A stretch of DNA of 64,000 nucleotides. It comes from an uncultured Gemmatimonadales bacterium. Its GTDB lineage: Bacteria; Gemmatimonadota; Gemmatimonadetes; Gemmatimonadales; GWC2-71-9. This document shows, in pieces, positions 29,188 to 39,691 of the stretch. Positions within the stretch are counted from its first letter, which is position 1. Every line of letters begins with the position of its first letter. The translations under genes were made by a program, and so were the position numbers. The stretch lies in assembly GCA_963798915.1 (NCBI GenBank), contig CAWCVB010000005.1, positions 249,291 to 313,290 of the forward strand. Reading direction: 5' to 3'. The notes beneath the pieces were generated by a model, which ran no database searches, was not told the DNA's origin, and saw only the letters and a list, made by a program, of their open reading frames with translations.

Positions 29188-31746
29188 ATGCCCCAGCACG
29201 GCGCGCGCCTCTCGCTGAACGTCCGCTTGCCTCTCCTGATCGGCGGTTTGCTGCTGGTAGCGATCGTCATTTTTGCGGCGCTGAGTTACCGTGTGGCTTC
29301 CCGGAGCGCATTCGCTGCTGCCAATGAGCGGCTGCGCACGTCGGCTGATCAGTTGGCGGCCCGGGTCGCGCAGCAGATCGCGCAATCAAAGGAGGCGATC
29401 GGTCAGTCTGCCGGTCAAAGGGTCGTTCGTGCCTTCGCCAACGGCGAGGCCCTCGACTCGAACGCGGTTCGCGAGATCCTGCGGCCGTTTGCCCGCGATT
29501 CGGCGCGTGGCAATGCGGTCGAGATCCGGGACGACAGTGGGGCGCTCCGCCTGAGCGTGCGACCAACGACCGCTGACGATGACGCGGACGCCGGCCGGAT
29601 GGGACCCCGGCCGGACTCCGTCGCCCTGAGCGAGCTGGTGCGTAGTGGCACGCTGGTGCTGTACGAGCTCACCGCACCCATCGTCCGTCGAGCAGGCCCG
29701 CCCTGGCATCTCATCATCCGGCAGCGCATCGACGGGAGTGGTGGTGGCACCGCGATAGCCTCCATGCTGGGCAACGGGGCGGGGATTTTCATCGGCAATC
29801 GGCGGGGCAATCTCTGGGCTGACATGACCACCGTGGCCGATTCTGCCCTCCTGTCTGATTCGGTTCGCAACGGCGTCTATCGCCGCGCCGGGCAGTTGCG
29901 CCTCGGTGCCATCGCTCCCGCTGCCAACACGCCATGGCTCATGGCCGCCGATTTTTCCGTCGCGGCGGTCATGAGCGGCACGCGCTCGCTCCTGCGGGAG
30001 ATGGTGGGGATCGCCCTGGTCGTCCTGTTGGCAGGGACGGGCTTCGGCTGGATCATGAGCCGGCGGGTGACGCGGCCGCTGCGGCGGTTGACCCAGGAGG
30101 CCGAAGCGTTGGCGCAGCTCGAGGGCGCCGCACCGCTCGCCGCTGGACGAGGGGACGAGCTGACGCGTCTCTCCGATTCCTTTGACACCATGGTTACCCG
30201 CGTCACGGATGCGCAGGAGCGGCTGCGCCTTTCCGAAGAGCAGTACCGCATGCTCTTTGACCTGAATCCGAACCCCATGTGGGTCTACGATCGCGAGACA
30301 CTCGCGTTCATGGCCGTCAATGGCGCGGCCGTGGAGAAGTACGGATACAGCCACGATGAATTTGCGGCCATGACCATCCGCGACATCCGGCCGCCGGAAG
30401 ATGTTCCGGCGATGGAGAAGGCGGCCAGAACCGACGAGGCGCTGCGTCCGGACGTCAGCCAGTGGAGGCACCGGCTCAAGGACGGCAGCATCGTGGACGT
30501 GGAAATCCGCGGGCGGCCGCTCAGCTTCCTTGGCCGCCAGGCCGAGCTGGTGATGGCGTCGGATGTTTCCGAGCGGAACCGCCTCGAGTCGCGCCTGCGC
30601 CAGTCGCAGAAGATGGAGGCGGTCGGCCGACTGGCCGGCGGCATTGCCCATGACTTCAACAACATTCTCTCCGCCGTGCTGGGGTACTCCAACCTGGTCC
30701 TCGAAGACCTGCCGGCCGATGCACCACATCGCGAGGACATCGAGGAAATCAGTGAGGCGGGGCATCGCGGAGCCGCACTCACCCGACAACTGCTGATGTT
30801 CAGCCGCCCGCAAGTGGCTGAGCGGCAGGTGCTCGACATCAACAAGGCGGTTGGTGGCGTGCGGAAGATGCTGGAGCGCATCATTGGCGAGGACATCCGC
30901 ATCGAGACCCGACTGGCCGAGGATGTCGGGCGCGTGCGCATGGACCCGGGCCACCTCGAGCAGATCGTCATGAACCTGGCTGTCAATGCGAGGGACGCCA
31001 TGCCCGAGGGTGGACGGCTGACCATCGAGACCGCCGACGTCCAGCTCGATGAGATCCGTCATCGCAGCAACCGATTGCTGCCGGCCGGGCAATACGTGAT
31101 GCTGGCCGTCAGCGACCAGGGCATCGGCATTTCCAAGGAAGTGCAAACGCAGATATTCGAGCCCTTCTTTACCACGAAGCCACCCGGCGAAGGCACCGGT
31201 CTTGGCCTGTCCACCGTCTACGGTATCGTGCAGCAGAATGGCGGATCGGTCCTTGTCTACAGCGAGCCGGGCCAGGGCGCCACGTTCAAGGTCTACCTGC
31301 CTCGTGTGGACGAAGTGCCAATGGCGGCTTCGCCGGCGCCTCCACCACTGCCTCGCGATCACGCGGGTGAGACCATCCTCTTTGTCGAGGACGAGCCGTC
31401 GCTGCTGAAGGTCGGCTGCCAGATTCTGTCCCGTGCCGGCTACTCCGTCATCGGCATGCCGGGCGGTGAAGAGGCCATTGCCTATGCCGCCTCGCATAAG
31501 GGCGCGATGGACCTCATCGCCACCGACATGGTGATGCCCGGCATCAGCGGGCGTGAGCTCGCCTCCCGGCTGCGGGAGCGATGGCCCGGTGTCCGGGTGC
31601 TGTTCATGTCCGGCTACACCGACGACGCAGTCATGCAGCGCGGCATTACCGAGCCAGGAATGGCCTTTCTCCAGAAGCCATTCAGCGGTGAGGGGTTGAC
31701 GCGCAAGGTGCGCGATGTGCTGGACAATGGCCACCCTCCGGCCTGA
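29188..31746 (+). CDS. Hybrid sensor histidine kinase (sensor-HAMP-PAS-HisKA-HATPase-REC)
   Basis: QKMEAVGRLAGGIAHDFNN, NLAVNARDAM, DQGIG, FEPFFTTK, GTGLGL, TDMVMPG, FMSGY, LQKPF. Confidence 0.95.
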   Translation: MPQHGARLSLNVRLPLLIGGLLLVAIVIFAALSYRVASRSAFAAANERLRTSADQLAARVAQQIAQSKEAIGQSAGQRVVRAFANGEALDSNAVREILRPFARDSARGNAVEIRDDSGALRLSVRPTTADDDADAGRMGPRPDSVALSELVRSGTLVLYELTAPIVRRAGPPWHLIIRQRIDGSGGGTAIASMLGNGAGIFIGNRRGNLWADMTTVADSALLSDSVRNGVYRRAGQLRLGAIAPAANTPWLMAADFSVAAVMSGTRSLLREMVGIALVVLLAGTGFGWIMSRRVTRPLRRLTQEAEALAQLEGAAPLAAGRGDELTRLSDSFDTMVTRVTDAQERLRLSEEQYRMLFDLNPNPMWVYDRETLAFMAVNGAAVEKYGYSHDEFAAMTIRDIRPPEDVPAMEKAARTDEALRPDVSQWRHRLKDGSIVDVEIRGRPLSFLGRQAELVMASDVSERNRLESRLRQSQKMEAVGRLAGGIAHDFNNILSAVLGYSNLVLEDLPADAPHREDIEEISEAGHRGAALTRQLLMFSRPQVAERQVLDINKAVGGVRKMLERIIGEDIRIETRLAEDVGRVRMDPGHLEQIVMNLAVNARDAMPEGGRLTIETADVQLDEIRHRSNRLLPAGQYVMLAVSDQGIGISKEVQTQIFEPFFTTKPPGEGTGLGLSTVYGIVQQNGGSVLVYSEPGQGATFKVYLPRVDEVPMAASPAPPPLPRDHAGETILFVEDEPSLLKVGCQILSRAGYSVIGMPGGEEAIAYAASHKGAMDLIATDMVMPGISGRELASRLRERWPGVRVLFMSGYTDDAVMQRGITEPGMAFLQKPFSGEGLTRKVRDVLDNGHPPA

Positions 31747-31806
31747 CGGGCCGGTCCGCGGTTCCTCTTCATCTCACAACCAGGGTCTGCCCGTTCGGAG
31801 GAGTCT

Positions 31807-33851
31807 GTGTCGCATCGCCGTGCACCAGTGAACCGCCTTGACCTGCTGGTGCTGCTGATCCTGTTCTTACCCCCGGGTACGCTCACTGCGCAATCGTTGC
31901 CGGCGCCCAGCGCTGATCCCGCGGCAGCCTCAGTTGGTCGACGCCCGCTTCCCGGCGCACTCTTCGAATCATCGGAGTTCTCGGCGGCAGTCGGGCGCGG
32001 GACCAGGACGCGAACCGGTGCCCCGGGCGGAGCCAACTGGGTGCAGCACGCCCGCTACCGTATCGACGGTTCGCTGGATCCGTCGGTGCACCGGATCCAT
32101 GGTCACGAGCAGGTGATCTACCAGAACCACTCGCCGGACACCCTCCGGCGCATCGCCGTCCACCTGCGGCAGAATGTCTTCGCGGCGGGTGTGCCGCGGC
32201 GGGATCCGGTGCCCATCACCGGTGGCATGGCGCTGGGTCGGATGTCAATCGATGGCCAGCTCCTCACGCCACGGCCTCAGGGCCAGCGCAATGGCGCTGG
32301 GCCAGGGCGGAGCGCCAGCGGACAGTATCAGGTGCAGGGAACCGTCATGTGGATCGCCCTGCCGCACGCGTTGCTGCCCGGCGACAGTCTTACGTTCGAG
32401 TGTGCCTGGTCGTATGCCGTGGCGCCGTCGCCGTCCGATGGTCGTGAAGGACGCGAAGGACGGGTCTATTTCCTGGGCTACTGGTACCCGCAGGTCGCCG
32501 TCTATGATGACGTGCACGGGTGGGTTGCCGATCCGTACCTGTTGGAGGCCGAGTTCTACATGGATCCGGCCGACTACGACGTACGCCTGACGGTTCCACG
32601 CGGATGGGTGGTGGGCGCCACGGGCGTACTTCGCAACCCGACGGAGGTGCTCTCCCCGGCGGCGCGCGACAGCCTTGCGGTGGCGCGGCGGTCAGGTCGA
32701 GTCGTCCGAGTGCTGACGCCAGGGCAGGGTGCGCAGCGGGCACTTGCCGGCAAGGGAGTCCAGACCACCTGGCACTTCAGCGCCGAAAACGTGCGGGACT
32801 TTGCCTGGGGTACGAGTGATCAGTACGCGTGGGATGCCACTCGTGCGCTGGTGCCGGTTGCGGGCCGGAGCGTACCAGATACGGTGGACATCAACAGCTA
32901 CTTCCGGCTGCACCCGCCGGCGGCCGCATGGGCGGTGGGGGGTGCCCGCTTCACGCGTGATGCCATTGAGCAGATGTCGGCATGGCTGTGGCCCTATCCC
33001 TGGCCGCAGATGAGCTCGATGGAGGGAGTGTTGCTGGGTGGCGGCATGGAGTATCCGATGATGACGATCATGCAGCCATGGGCGGATACGCTGTCGCTCG
33101 CCGGTGACCTCATGCATGAGACGGGTCACATGTGGTTCCCGATGCAGGTCGGCTCCAACGAGACGCGCCATCCGTGGATGGATGAAGGGCTCACCCAGTT
33201 CAACGTGGCGCAGGGCATGCGCGCCGTCTACGGCGCGCCGCGCAGCGGAGGCCGGGGCAACGATTCCGAGGAAGGCCAGCGCGCGGCCTACCTGCAGTCA
33301 GCGCGAGAGGGTCACGACATGCCGCTGTCGCTGCCCGGCGACGAATTTCCAGAAGACCTGTATCTGGTGACGTACTACAACAAGACCGCCCAGGTCCTGG
33401 CGGCGCTACGTGGCGTTATTGGGCCCCGAAGTATTTCATCGAGGCGTTGGTGGAGTACGGTCGGCGGTGGATTGGACGCCACCCGGAGCCGTATGACTTC
33501 TTCAATACCATCTCGGACGTGTCCCATCAGGATCTGGCGTGGTTCTGGAACAGCTGGTTCAATCACGGCTGGTCGCTTGACCAGGCGATCGACTCGGTCA
33601 CGGCCAACGGTGACTCCCTGGTCATCGCGATCAGCGATCTCGGCTTGGCCATCATGCCGGTGCGGCTGGTGCTTACCCGAGAGGATGACACCACCCAATT
33701 GATTGAGCTTCCAGCATCGACATGGCTCGACGGCAGCCGCCACACCGCGGTGCGGATGGCGGCCCACCCCAAGGTGGTAAAGGTGGAGATTGACCCGGAG
33801 GGACTCTTCCCGGATGTAAATCGAGACAATCAGAGCTGGAAGTCGCGATAG
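31807..33851 (+). CDS. Secreted M1 family metallopeptidase, frameshift near 33425-33436
   Basis: GGMEYP, HETGHMWF...WMDEG, YYNKT; C-terminus (HPEPYDFF, IDPEGLFPDVNRDN) in another frame. Confidence 0.88.
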
Positions 33852-33929
33852 GGTGACGGTCGTCGGTCCGCCCGGCCGGCATCTTTGGGCCGACGGAGGG
33901 GCTCCGTCGACGACCGCAGTCGGGCTCCT

Positions 33930-33975
33930 GGTTGCTTCGTCGGCGCCTTCGGACGGCGCCTCCTCGCAATGACAC
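33930..33975. repeat. Palindromic extragenic element (GTCATTGCGAG...GACGAAGCAA type)
   Basis: - strand GTCATTGCGAGGAGGCGCC-GTCCGAA-GGCGCCGACGAAGCAACC, with an internal ggcgcc stem. Confidence 0.6.
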
Positions 33976-34122
33976 GGCTTTGGCGAGCGGCTGAGCCGCA
34001 TCTGGCGCGCTCGCGGCCGCCGTCCCGCTGGACGCTGCAGTTCGCTCCGACCTCAGGGCTCGTCCTCCGGGCGACCGCTCACTGACGCGCCCGCTGGCAC
34101 GGCGGCCCGCTCGCCCGACCTT

Positions 34123-34146
34123 GCCGAGCCGCCGAGCCGCCGAGCC
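34123..34146. repeat. Octamer tandem repeat (gccgagcc)x3
   Basis: Read directly from sequence. Confidence 0.6.
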
Positions 34147-34240
34147 CTTTCCGTCCAATTCCCCATGCCAGCCCGTGCACCGCTGGCGCGCCGAGGCTGC
34201 GGGACGTATGCTGTGGGGGAGCCCAGCCAGGGAGGCCCCC

Positions 34241-34621
34241 GTGCCCACGCCAGGCCGTCACCGCATTCTGATCGTTGAGGACCAGCCTGACGTCCGCCGT
34301 GTGATCGCCCGGTTTGTCCGGCTGCTGGATGGTGAACCCGTCCTCGCCCGTGATGGGGTTGAGGGGTGGGAGCTCGCGCGTACCGCAGATCCTCCGTTTG
34401 ACCTCGTAATCACCGACAACCACATGCCCAGGATGACGGGCCGGGCGCTGATCCTGAAGCTCCGTCAGCTCTCGCCATCCATCAGGGTGCTGCGCGTCAC
34501 GGGCAGCGACGGACCCGAAGACGCGCCGGCCAGCGATGGCACCACGACCCTGCACAAGCCGTTCACCCTGGACGAATTCTCGGCAGCGATGCAGCACGCC
34601 CTGGTGGCCAGGGGGGCCTGA
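34241..34621 (+). CDS. Single-domain response regulator (REC)
   Basis: ILIVEDQ, DLVITDNHMPRMTG, VTG, LHKPF; GGAGG RBS before GTG. Confidence 0.85.
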   Translation: MPTPGRHRILIVEDQPDVRRVIARFVRLLDGEPVLARDGVEGWELARTADPPFDLVITDNHMPRMTGRALILKLRQLSPSIRVLRVTGSDGPEDAPASDGTTTLHKPFTLDEFSAAMQHALVARGA

Positions 34622-34857
34622 CCCGGCTGGAGCGCGGACGCCACAGGGGTGGTGGAAGGGGCCTGTTGCTTGTGATCAACGAGGCGACGTCGGGACAGCG
34701 CCATAAAGGGGAGTAGAAATATCGGATTTGGGAAAATCCCAGTATGCGCGCTCCCGTTGGCGCGCTACCATGAAGGGATCACATGCCATGCCGAATTCCT
34801 CTGCCCCTGCCGCCGCATGAGGGGGTCCGCACGCCTCGCGACGGAGACCAGCCCCCG

Positions 34858-35019
34858 ATGATGTCCGAACGGTGCCGCGATTGCGGCGTCCAGCAGGCCG
34901 ACGAGGGGTCGTTGTGCCATGCATGTCTCATGCGGCGGGCCCGGCGCTTCGAGTGGATTGCCGTCATAGGCATCGTGGCCATGGCGCTCGCGCTGCTCTG
35001 GCGAGATACCGCGGGATGA
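34858..35019 (+). CDS. Small CxxC...CxxC zinc-finger-like membrane protein
   Basis: MMSERCRDCG...LCHACL followed by a hydrophobic helix; GGAG upstream. Confidence 0.5.
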   Translation: MMSERCRDCGVQQADEGSLCHACLMRRARRFEWIAVIGIVAMALALLWRDTAG

Positions 35020-35068
35020 GCTGAGGTCGAGCGCTGGCCGGTCATGTAGCAATGCGAGCGAGGTCCTG

Positions 35069-35446
35069 ATGGCTGGATTCGAGAGACCCAGGGTGCTGCT
35101 GGTCGAAGACGCGGCTGATGTGCGGCGGCTTCTTGCCCGGTTTATCCGGCTGGCGCACGCCGACCCGGTCGTGGCGGAAGACGGCCTTCAGGGTTGGGAG
35201 CTGGCCCGGATGGCGGATCCGCCATTCGACCTGGTGATTACCGACAGCCGTATGCCCAGGATGACGGGTCGTGAGTTGATCGCCTTGCTCCGGGAGCGAT
35301 TCCCCGGGATACCAATCCTGCGGATTACCGGGAGCGACGGCATGAGCGGCCTGCCGCCGATCGCTGATGTCCGCACACTGCAGAAGCCCTTCGCCATGGC
35401 CGATTTCATTGACGCCGTCGAAGCGCTGCTTGCTTCCGGCCGGTAG
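35069..35446 (+). CDS. Single-domain response regulator (REC), paralog of 34241
   Basis: VLLVEDA, DLVITDSRMPRMTG, ITG, LQKPF. Confidence 0.88.
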   Translation: MAGFERPRVLLVEDAADVRRLLARFIRLAHADPVVAEDGLQGWELARMADPPFDLVITDSRMPRMTGRELIALLRERFPGIPILRITGSDGMSGLPPIADVRTLQKPFAMADFIDAVEALLASGR

Positions 35447-35942
35447 AAACCCCTCCCCAGGCGTCGGTGCGCCGTCGCCGCGCTTCCAGCAGCAGCAGGC
35501 CGGGAAATCCGGAAGCACTTGGCTCCCTCGCGTTGAAGAGAGAGAGAGAGGGACACTATAGGGTGAGAGTCCCAAGGCTGTGCTCATCAGTCCGGCCGCG
35601 CTCTGCCCGGCAGGCTCCATTGTGCCCGACAACCTCGACTCGATTGCACTTAATCCCATCTTCCGCGTCGCCGCCCGGCTATCGGCACCTCCTACGATCG
35701 CGGTCACCTACAGCCGAATCCCCTGAAGACGACCTCGTGCTCCGAAGGCAGGCGCGCTATCCCGGCAACCACCGCACCACTGGCCTCCCCCCATGGGAAA
35801 TGCCGACCGAGTCCAACGAGCGGACCGGACTGAATTGCCGCATAAGCGATAAAATCAGGGCAACGGATAGGACGGACGGCGGACCTGTCGCTGTCGGGAG
35901 CCATGCCGATCCTCGCACCCGCGCAGCGCATGCGTACCCGAA

Positions 35943-36001
35943 CTTTCGTGTTTTCGTGTCTTTCGTCTTGTTCGTGCTTTCGTGACTTTCGTGTTGTCGT
36001 G
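35943..36001. repeat. Degenerate 8-9-mer tandem repeat with TTCGTG core (~7 units)
   Basis: ctttcgtgttttcgtgtctttcgtcttgttcgtgctttcgtgactttcgtgttgtcgtg. Confidence 0.75.
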
Positions 36002-36007
36002 CCCCCG

Positions 36008-36024
36008 TGTCATCTTCCTGACAT
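36008..36024 (+). promoter_or_regulatory. Candidate OmpR-family binding site (11-bp period direct repeat)
   Basis: TGTCAT-cttcc-TGACAT upstream of the PepSY-RR-HK-RND operon. Confidence 0.45.
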
Positions 36025-36106
36025 CGAAGCAACACAGCTTCTCCGGCTCGATCGCCCGCGAGAGGTGGCCGTCGTGGCCCAAACATATTCTTCCGGAGAT
36101 AGTATC

Positions 36107-36502
36107 ATGCGCACAGCCCTCGCCGTGCTCCTCCTCGCCACGCCCGTGGGGGTGGCGCACGCCCAGGCAACCACCAAGCCGGTGCCATCCGTAACGGTCA
36201 AGGAGGAGACGCCGGGGCTCATGAAGTCTGCCAAGGTCACGGCCGAGGCGGCCACCCGCACCGCGGCAGCTCGGGTGCCGACCGGCCACATTAAGAGCGC
36301 CGAGATCGAAAAGGAAGATGGCAAGCTGATCTACTCGTTTGATTTCGTGGTGCCCAAGCAGGAAGGCATCCAGGAGGTCAACGTGGATGCCATGACCGGC
36401 GCCGTGATCGGAGTGGAGCACGAGTCCGCCGCCGCCGAACAGAAGGAAAGGGCCCGTGACAAGCAGGGCGATGCGGAGGACAAGGACCCTGACACCGACT
36501 GA
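36107..36502 (+). CDS. Secreted PepSY domain protein
   Basis: Signal peptide (AHA); SAEIEKEDGKLIYSFDF, EVNVDAMTGAVI. Confidence 0.85.
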   Translation: MRTALAVLLLATPVGVAHAQATTKPVPSVTVKEETPGLMKSAKVTAEAATRTAAARVPTGHIKSAEIEKEDGKLIYSFDFVVPKQEGIQEVNVDAMTGAVIGVEHESAAAEQKERARDKQGDAEDKDPDTD

Positions 36503-36511
36503 TCGGAAATT

Positions 36512-37201
36512 GTGCGGATCCTGATCGTCGAGGACGAGCCCGCGCTCGCGGATTTTCTCGCGCGCACCGTACGTCAGGCCACCTGGGCGGCTGATGTCGC
36601 AGTTTCGGGCGCGGCCGCCCTCGAGGCACTGGCGGTGGTGCCGTACGACCTGGTGGTCCTGGACGTAGGGTTGCCGGACATGGACGGCTTCGAAGTATGC
36701 CGGCAATACCGCGCGCGGAGCGGGCACGCGCCCATCCTGGTGCTGACCGCGCGCGGCGCCCTGGGGGACCGGGTCTGCGGGCTCGATGCCGGCGCGGATG
36801 ACTACCTGACCAAGCCATTTGCGGTGGAGGAATTGCTTGCGCGCCTTCGTGCACTGGCTCGCCGTCCGCCCGACACCCGCGGCGGCGTCTTGCGCTACGC
36901 CGACGTTGAGCTGGACCCGGCGCTGCGTTCGGCGCGGCGGGCTGGTATTCCATTGCAGCTGACTGCTCGCGAATTTGCCCTCCTGGAATACCTGGTTCGC
37001 ACCCCGGACCGGGTGCTCACCCGTGGCCAGATCCTGGATCACGTGTGGGACGACAACTTCGATCCGGTGGCCAACGCCGTGGATGTGCTGGTCGGCCGCG
37101 TGCGGCGCAAGCTGGACATCGCCGGCTCGTCGCCACTGATTCACACGTTGCGTGGTGCGGGGTACCTGTTTGCCGCCAGCGCACCCGACGATGCCGCTTA
37201 G
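36512..37201 (+). CDS. OmpR family response regulator (CusR/CzcR-like)
   Basis: RILIVEDE, LDVGLP, GLDAGADDYLTKPF, LTAREFALLEYL, IHTLRGAGY. Confidence 0.95.
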   Translation: MRILIVEDEPALADFLARTVRQATWAADVAVSGAAALEALAVVPYDLVVLDVGLPDMDGFEVCRQYRARSGHAPILVLTARGALGDRVCGLDAGADDYLTKPFAVEELLARLRALARRPPDTRGGVLRYADVELDPALRSARRAGIPLQLTAREFALLEYLVRTPDRVLTRGQILDHVWDDNFDPVANAVDVLVGRVRRKLDIAGSSPLIHTLRGAGYLFAASAPDDAA

Positions 37202-38525
37202 CCGCGTCCGGCTTCGCCTGGCCGGCTGGTTCTCGCTGGCGTTTCTGGCTGGGCTCCTGTTGCTGAGTCTCTTCCTCTACCTCTATACCCACCGCCGTAA
37301 CGATGCCCGGTTCACATCGGCCCTGACGTCCGAGGCGAAGGACCTGGTCCAGGCCATCCAGCGCGAATTTGCCGAGACACCTGCGGCCGGACTGACGGCC
37401 GCCGCCAGCGCCGCCATCGAGGAATTTCCTGCCGGTCTCGATGGCTTCGCGGTCTACGATCCGCTCGGGGCCAGGGTTGCCACTGGCGGCGTTGCTGCGC
37501 TGGCAGCCTCGACACCCGCCAGTCTGACTGCGGACTCATGGTCCGCCCGGGAGGTTCCTGGAGCTGGGGAGCATGGCATCCGCCTGATTCATGCTCGCGC
37601 GGAGTCACCAGTGATGCAGGTGGTCATGGCGGGCTCGATGCAGCGCTTGGATGAGGATACCGAAGCGCTGATTCTGTGGCTTGCCGTGAGCGTACCGGTG
37701 GCGGCTCTGCTCAGCCTGGCTGGGGGCTACATGCTCTCCCGCCGCGCCCTGCGGCCGGTGGCCGACCTGGAGCGCAGCATCGGCGCCATCGGTCCCGATC
37801 AGCTGGATCGGCGACTGCCGGTCCGTCATGCCGATGAGCTGGGTCGGGTCGCCATTCAGTTCAACGGTTTGCTCGAGCGCCTGGAATCGTCGCAGGCGAA
37901 GAATCGTCGCTTCCTGGAGGAGGCAGCGCACCAGATTCGCACGCCGCTGACGCTGGTGCTGGGCGAGGCCGAACTGGCACTGAGCGCAGGCGGCAAGCCC
38001 GAGGCATCCACGGACGCACTGCGCCGGGTGCGGCTCGCGGCGACCCAGATGCGCCGCCGGGTGGAAGAGCTGCTGCTGCTGGCGCGCGCGGATGCGGGGG
38101 AGCGGGCGCCACTCACCGATCAGGTTGAACTGGACGGCCTGGCCTTGGAAGCGGTGGACTTGATGCGCGCGCGCGCACACGCGCTGGGCCGCCGGCTGGA
38201 GCTGGGGCGGATTGACGCCGTCAGCGTCACCGGCAGCGAGCCGCTTTTGCGGGAAGCGGTGCTGGAACTCCTCGAGAACGCCTGTCGCCATGGCGAGCAG
38301 CAGGTCCCGGTGCGGCTTTCGGTATCCGCGACCAACGCCTCGGCGGTGGTGGCGGTGTCGAACGGCGTGGCTGGGGTCAGCGAGGCGCCGGCGCCAGGCC
38401 ACGGACTGGGATTGCAGGTGGTCGACTGGATTGCGTCGGAGCACGGCGGCGAGCTCGCGCGCAACACCGAGCCGGGCTCGGTCTGCTTCGCCCTCACGCT
38501 GCCGCAGACGATCGCACGATGCTGA
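37191..38525 (+). CDS. HAMP-containing sensor histidine kinase
   Basis: Two TMs, HAMP, AAHQIRTPL, ELLENACRHG, GHGLGL. Confidence 0.9.
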   Translation: MPLSRVRLRLAGWFSLAFLAGLLLLSLFLYLYTHRRNDARFTSALTSEAKDLVQAIQREFAETPAAGLTAAASAAIEEFPAGLDGFAVYDPLGARVATGGVAALAASTPASLTADSWSAREVPGAGEHGIRLIHARAESPVMQVVMAGSMQRLDEDTEALILWLAVSVPVAALLSLAGGYMLSRRALRPVADLERSIGAIGPDQLDRRLPVRHADELGRVAIQFNGLLERLESSQAKNRRFLEEAAHQIRTPLTLVLGEAELALSAGGKPEASTDALRRVRLAATQMRRRVEELLLLARADAGERAPLTDQVELDGLALEAVDLMRARAHALGRRLELGRIDAVSVTGSEPLLREAVLELLENACRHGEQQVPVRLSVSATNASAVVAVSNGVAGVSEAPAPGHGLGLQVVDWIASEHGGELARNTEPGSVCFALTLPQTIARC

Positions 38526-39691
38526 TGCTGCTGCTGGCGTTGGCGGCGCAGCAGCCGGGCGACACTCTGTCGCTCCGTGTGTCGCTCGTTCTCGCCCATG
38601 CACAGCGGCCACTGAGCTCAGCTGCCGCCGCCGGCGTGAATGAGGCGCGAGGCGCGCTGCGCTCCGCCGGCGCCATTCCCAATCCCACCATCATGTACAG
38701 TCACAGCGAAGCCTTTCCGCTCAACCATCTCACCGTGGAGCAACCGCTGGACTGGCTGCTGCGGCGAGGTGCTGATCGTGACGCGGGGCTCGCCGGCGTG
38801 GCACGGGCCGGTGCGGACTCGGCTGCGTCCATGGCGCAGCTGGATCGCGACGTGCGGAGTGCGTACTGGAACGCGCGCGCTGCGCGCGCGGCCTCCGCGC
38901 TCGCCGCGTCGGAGGCAATGGAGGCTGACTCGCTCGCCGCCATCGCCGGCGCGCGCTACCGGGCGGGCGAGATTTCACTGCTGGAACAGGAACAGGCGGC
39001 GCAGGAAGCCGCGCTCACCCGCCAGGCGGAGTCCCGCGCGCGCGAAGTCGCCCGTGTCTCTGCGCTCGACCTGGCCCGTGCGCTGGGTCAGTCTGACGGC
39101 ACCGTCGTTCCAGCCGACCCGCTCGATTCCGGACTCGACCAGCTGCCGCCCGCAGACCTGCTGGCTGCGGCAACGCCGGCGGTCCGTTCTGCCCTTGCGG
39201 ACTCCGTGGTTGCCGCCGCCGAGTTGCGCGCGACCGCGCGGGCCCGCGTTCCGATTCCCTCGCTGCAGGCTGGTGCGGAATGGGGCGATCCCTCTCAACC
39301 CGGCTCGCTCTCCACCATTGGCTTTGCCATTCCGCTGCCGCTCTGGAACCAGGATGGCGGGGGCATGACCGCTGCGCGTGCCCGCGCCAGGCGCGCCAGC
39401 GCGCTTGCCGCGGAAACTCGCCTGGAAGCGAACCGGCTCATTCGCGGTGCCAGGGTCCATCTGGAGGAGACGACGCTGCGAGCCCGCGTGGCGCGCGACT
39501 CCCTGGTGCCATCAGCGGCGCAGATTCGCAGTCGGGCCATGCGCGGATATGCCGCCGGCGAAACCGGCATTCTCCCGGTGCTCGACGCGCTCCGTAATGA
39601 ACGGCAGATCCTGCTGCAGGCTATCCAGGATCAACTCGCTTTCCAATTGGCGCTTGCCGACTGGCATGCCCTTTCGGGGTCAGCTGAATGA
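38519..39691 (+). CDS. TolC family outer membrane efflux protein
   Basis: IPNP, RYRAGEISLLE, IPLPLWNQ, YAAGETGILPVLDA. Confidence 0.88.
   Translation: MLMLLLALAAQQPGDTLSLRVSLVLAHAQRPLSSAAAAGVNEARGALRSAGAIPNPTIMYSHSEAFPLNHLTVEQPLDWLLRRGADRDAGLAGVARAGADSAASMAQLDRDVRSAYWNARAARAASALAASEAMEADSLAAIAGARYRAGEISLLEQEQAAQEAALTRQAESRAREVARVSALDLARALGQSDGTVVPADPLDSGLDQLPPADLLAAATPAVRSALADSVVAAAELRATARARVPIPSLQAGAEWGDPSQPGSLSTIGFAIPLPLWNQDGGGMTAARARARRASALAAETRLEANRLIRGARVHLEETTLRARVARDSLVPSAAQIRSRAMRGYAAGETGILPVLDALRNERQILLQAIQDQLAFQLALADWHALSGSAE

Noticed and set aside
33421..33440. Programmed ribosomal frameshifting
   Set aside because: No canonical slippery heptamer; several unrelated genes show similar indels, which points to sequencing error
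34936..34946. cgggcccggcg matching the tRNA-Arg 3' end as a possible att site
   Set aside because: Only 11 bp, all GC, inside a small ORF, and no integrase; expected by chance
35943..36001. Short repeat arrays (also 1848-1903) as CRISPR
   Set aside because: Units of 7-9 bp with no spacers and no cas genes
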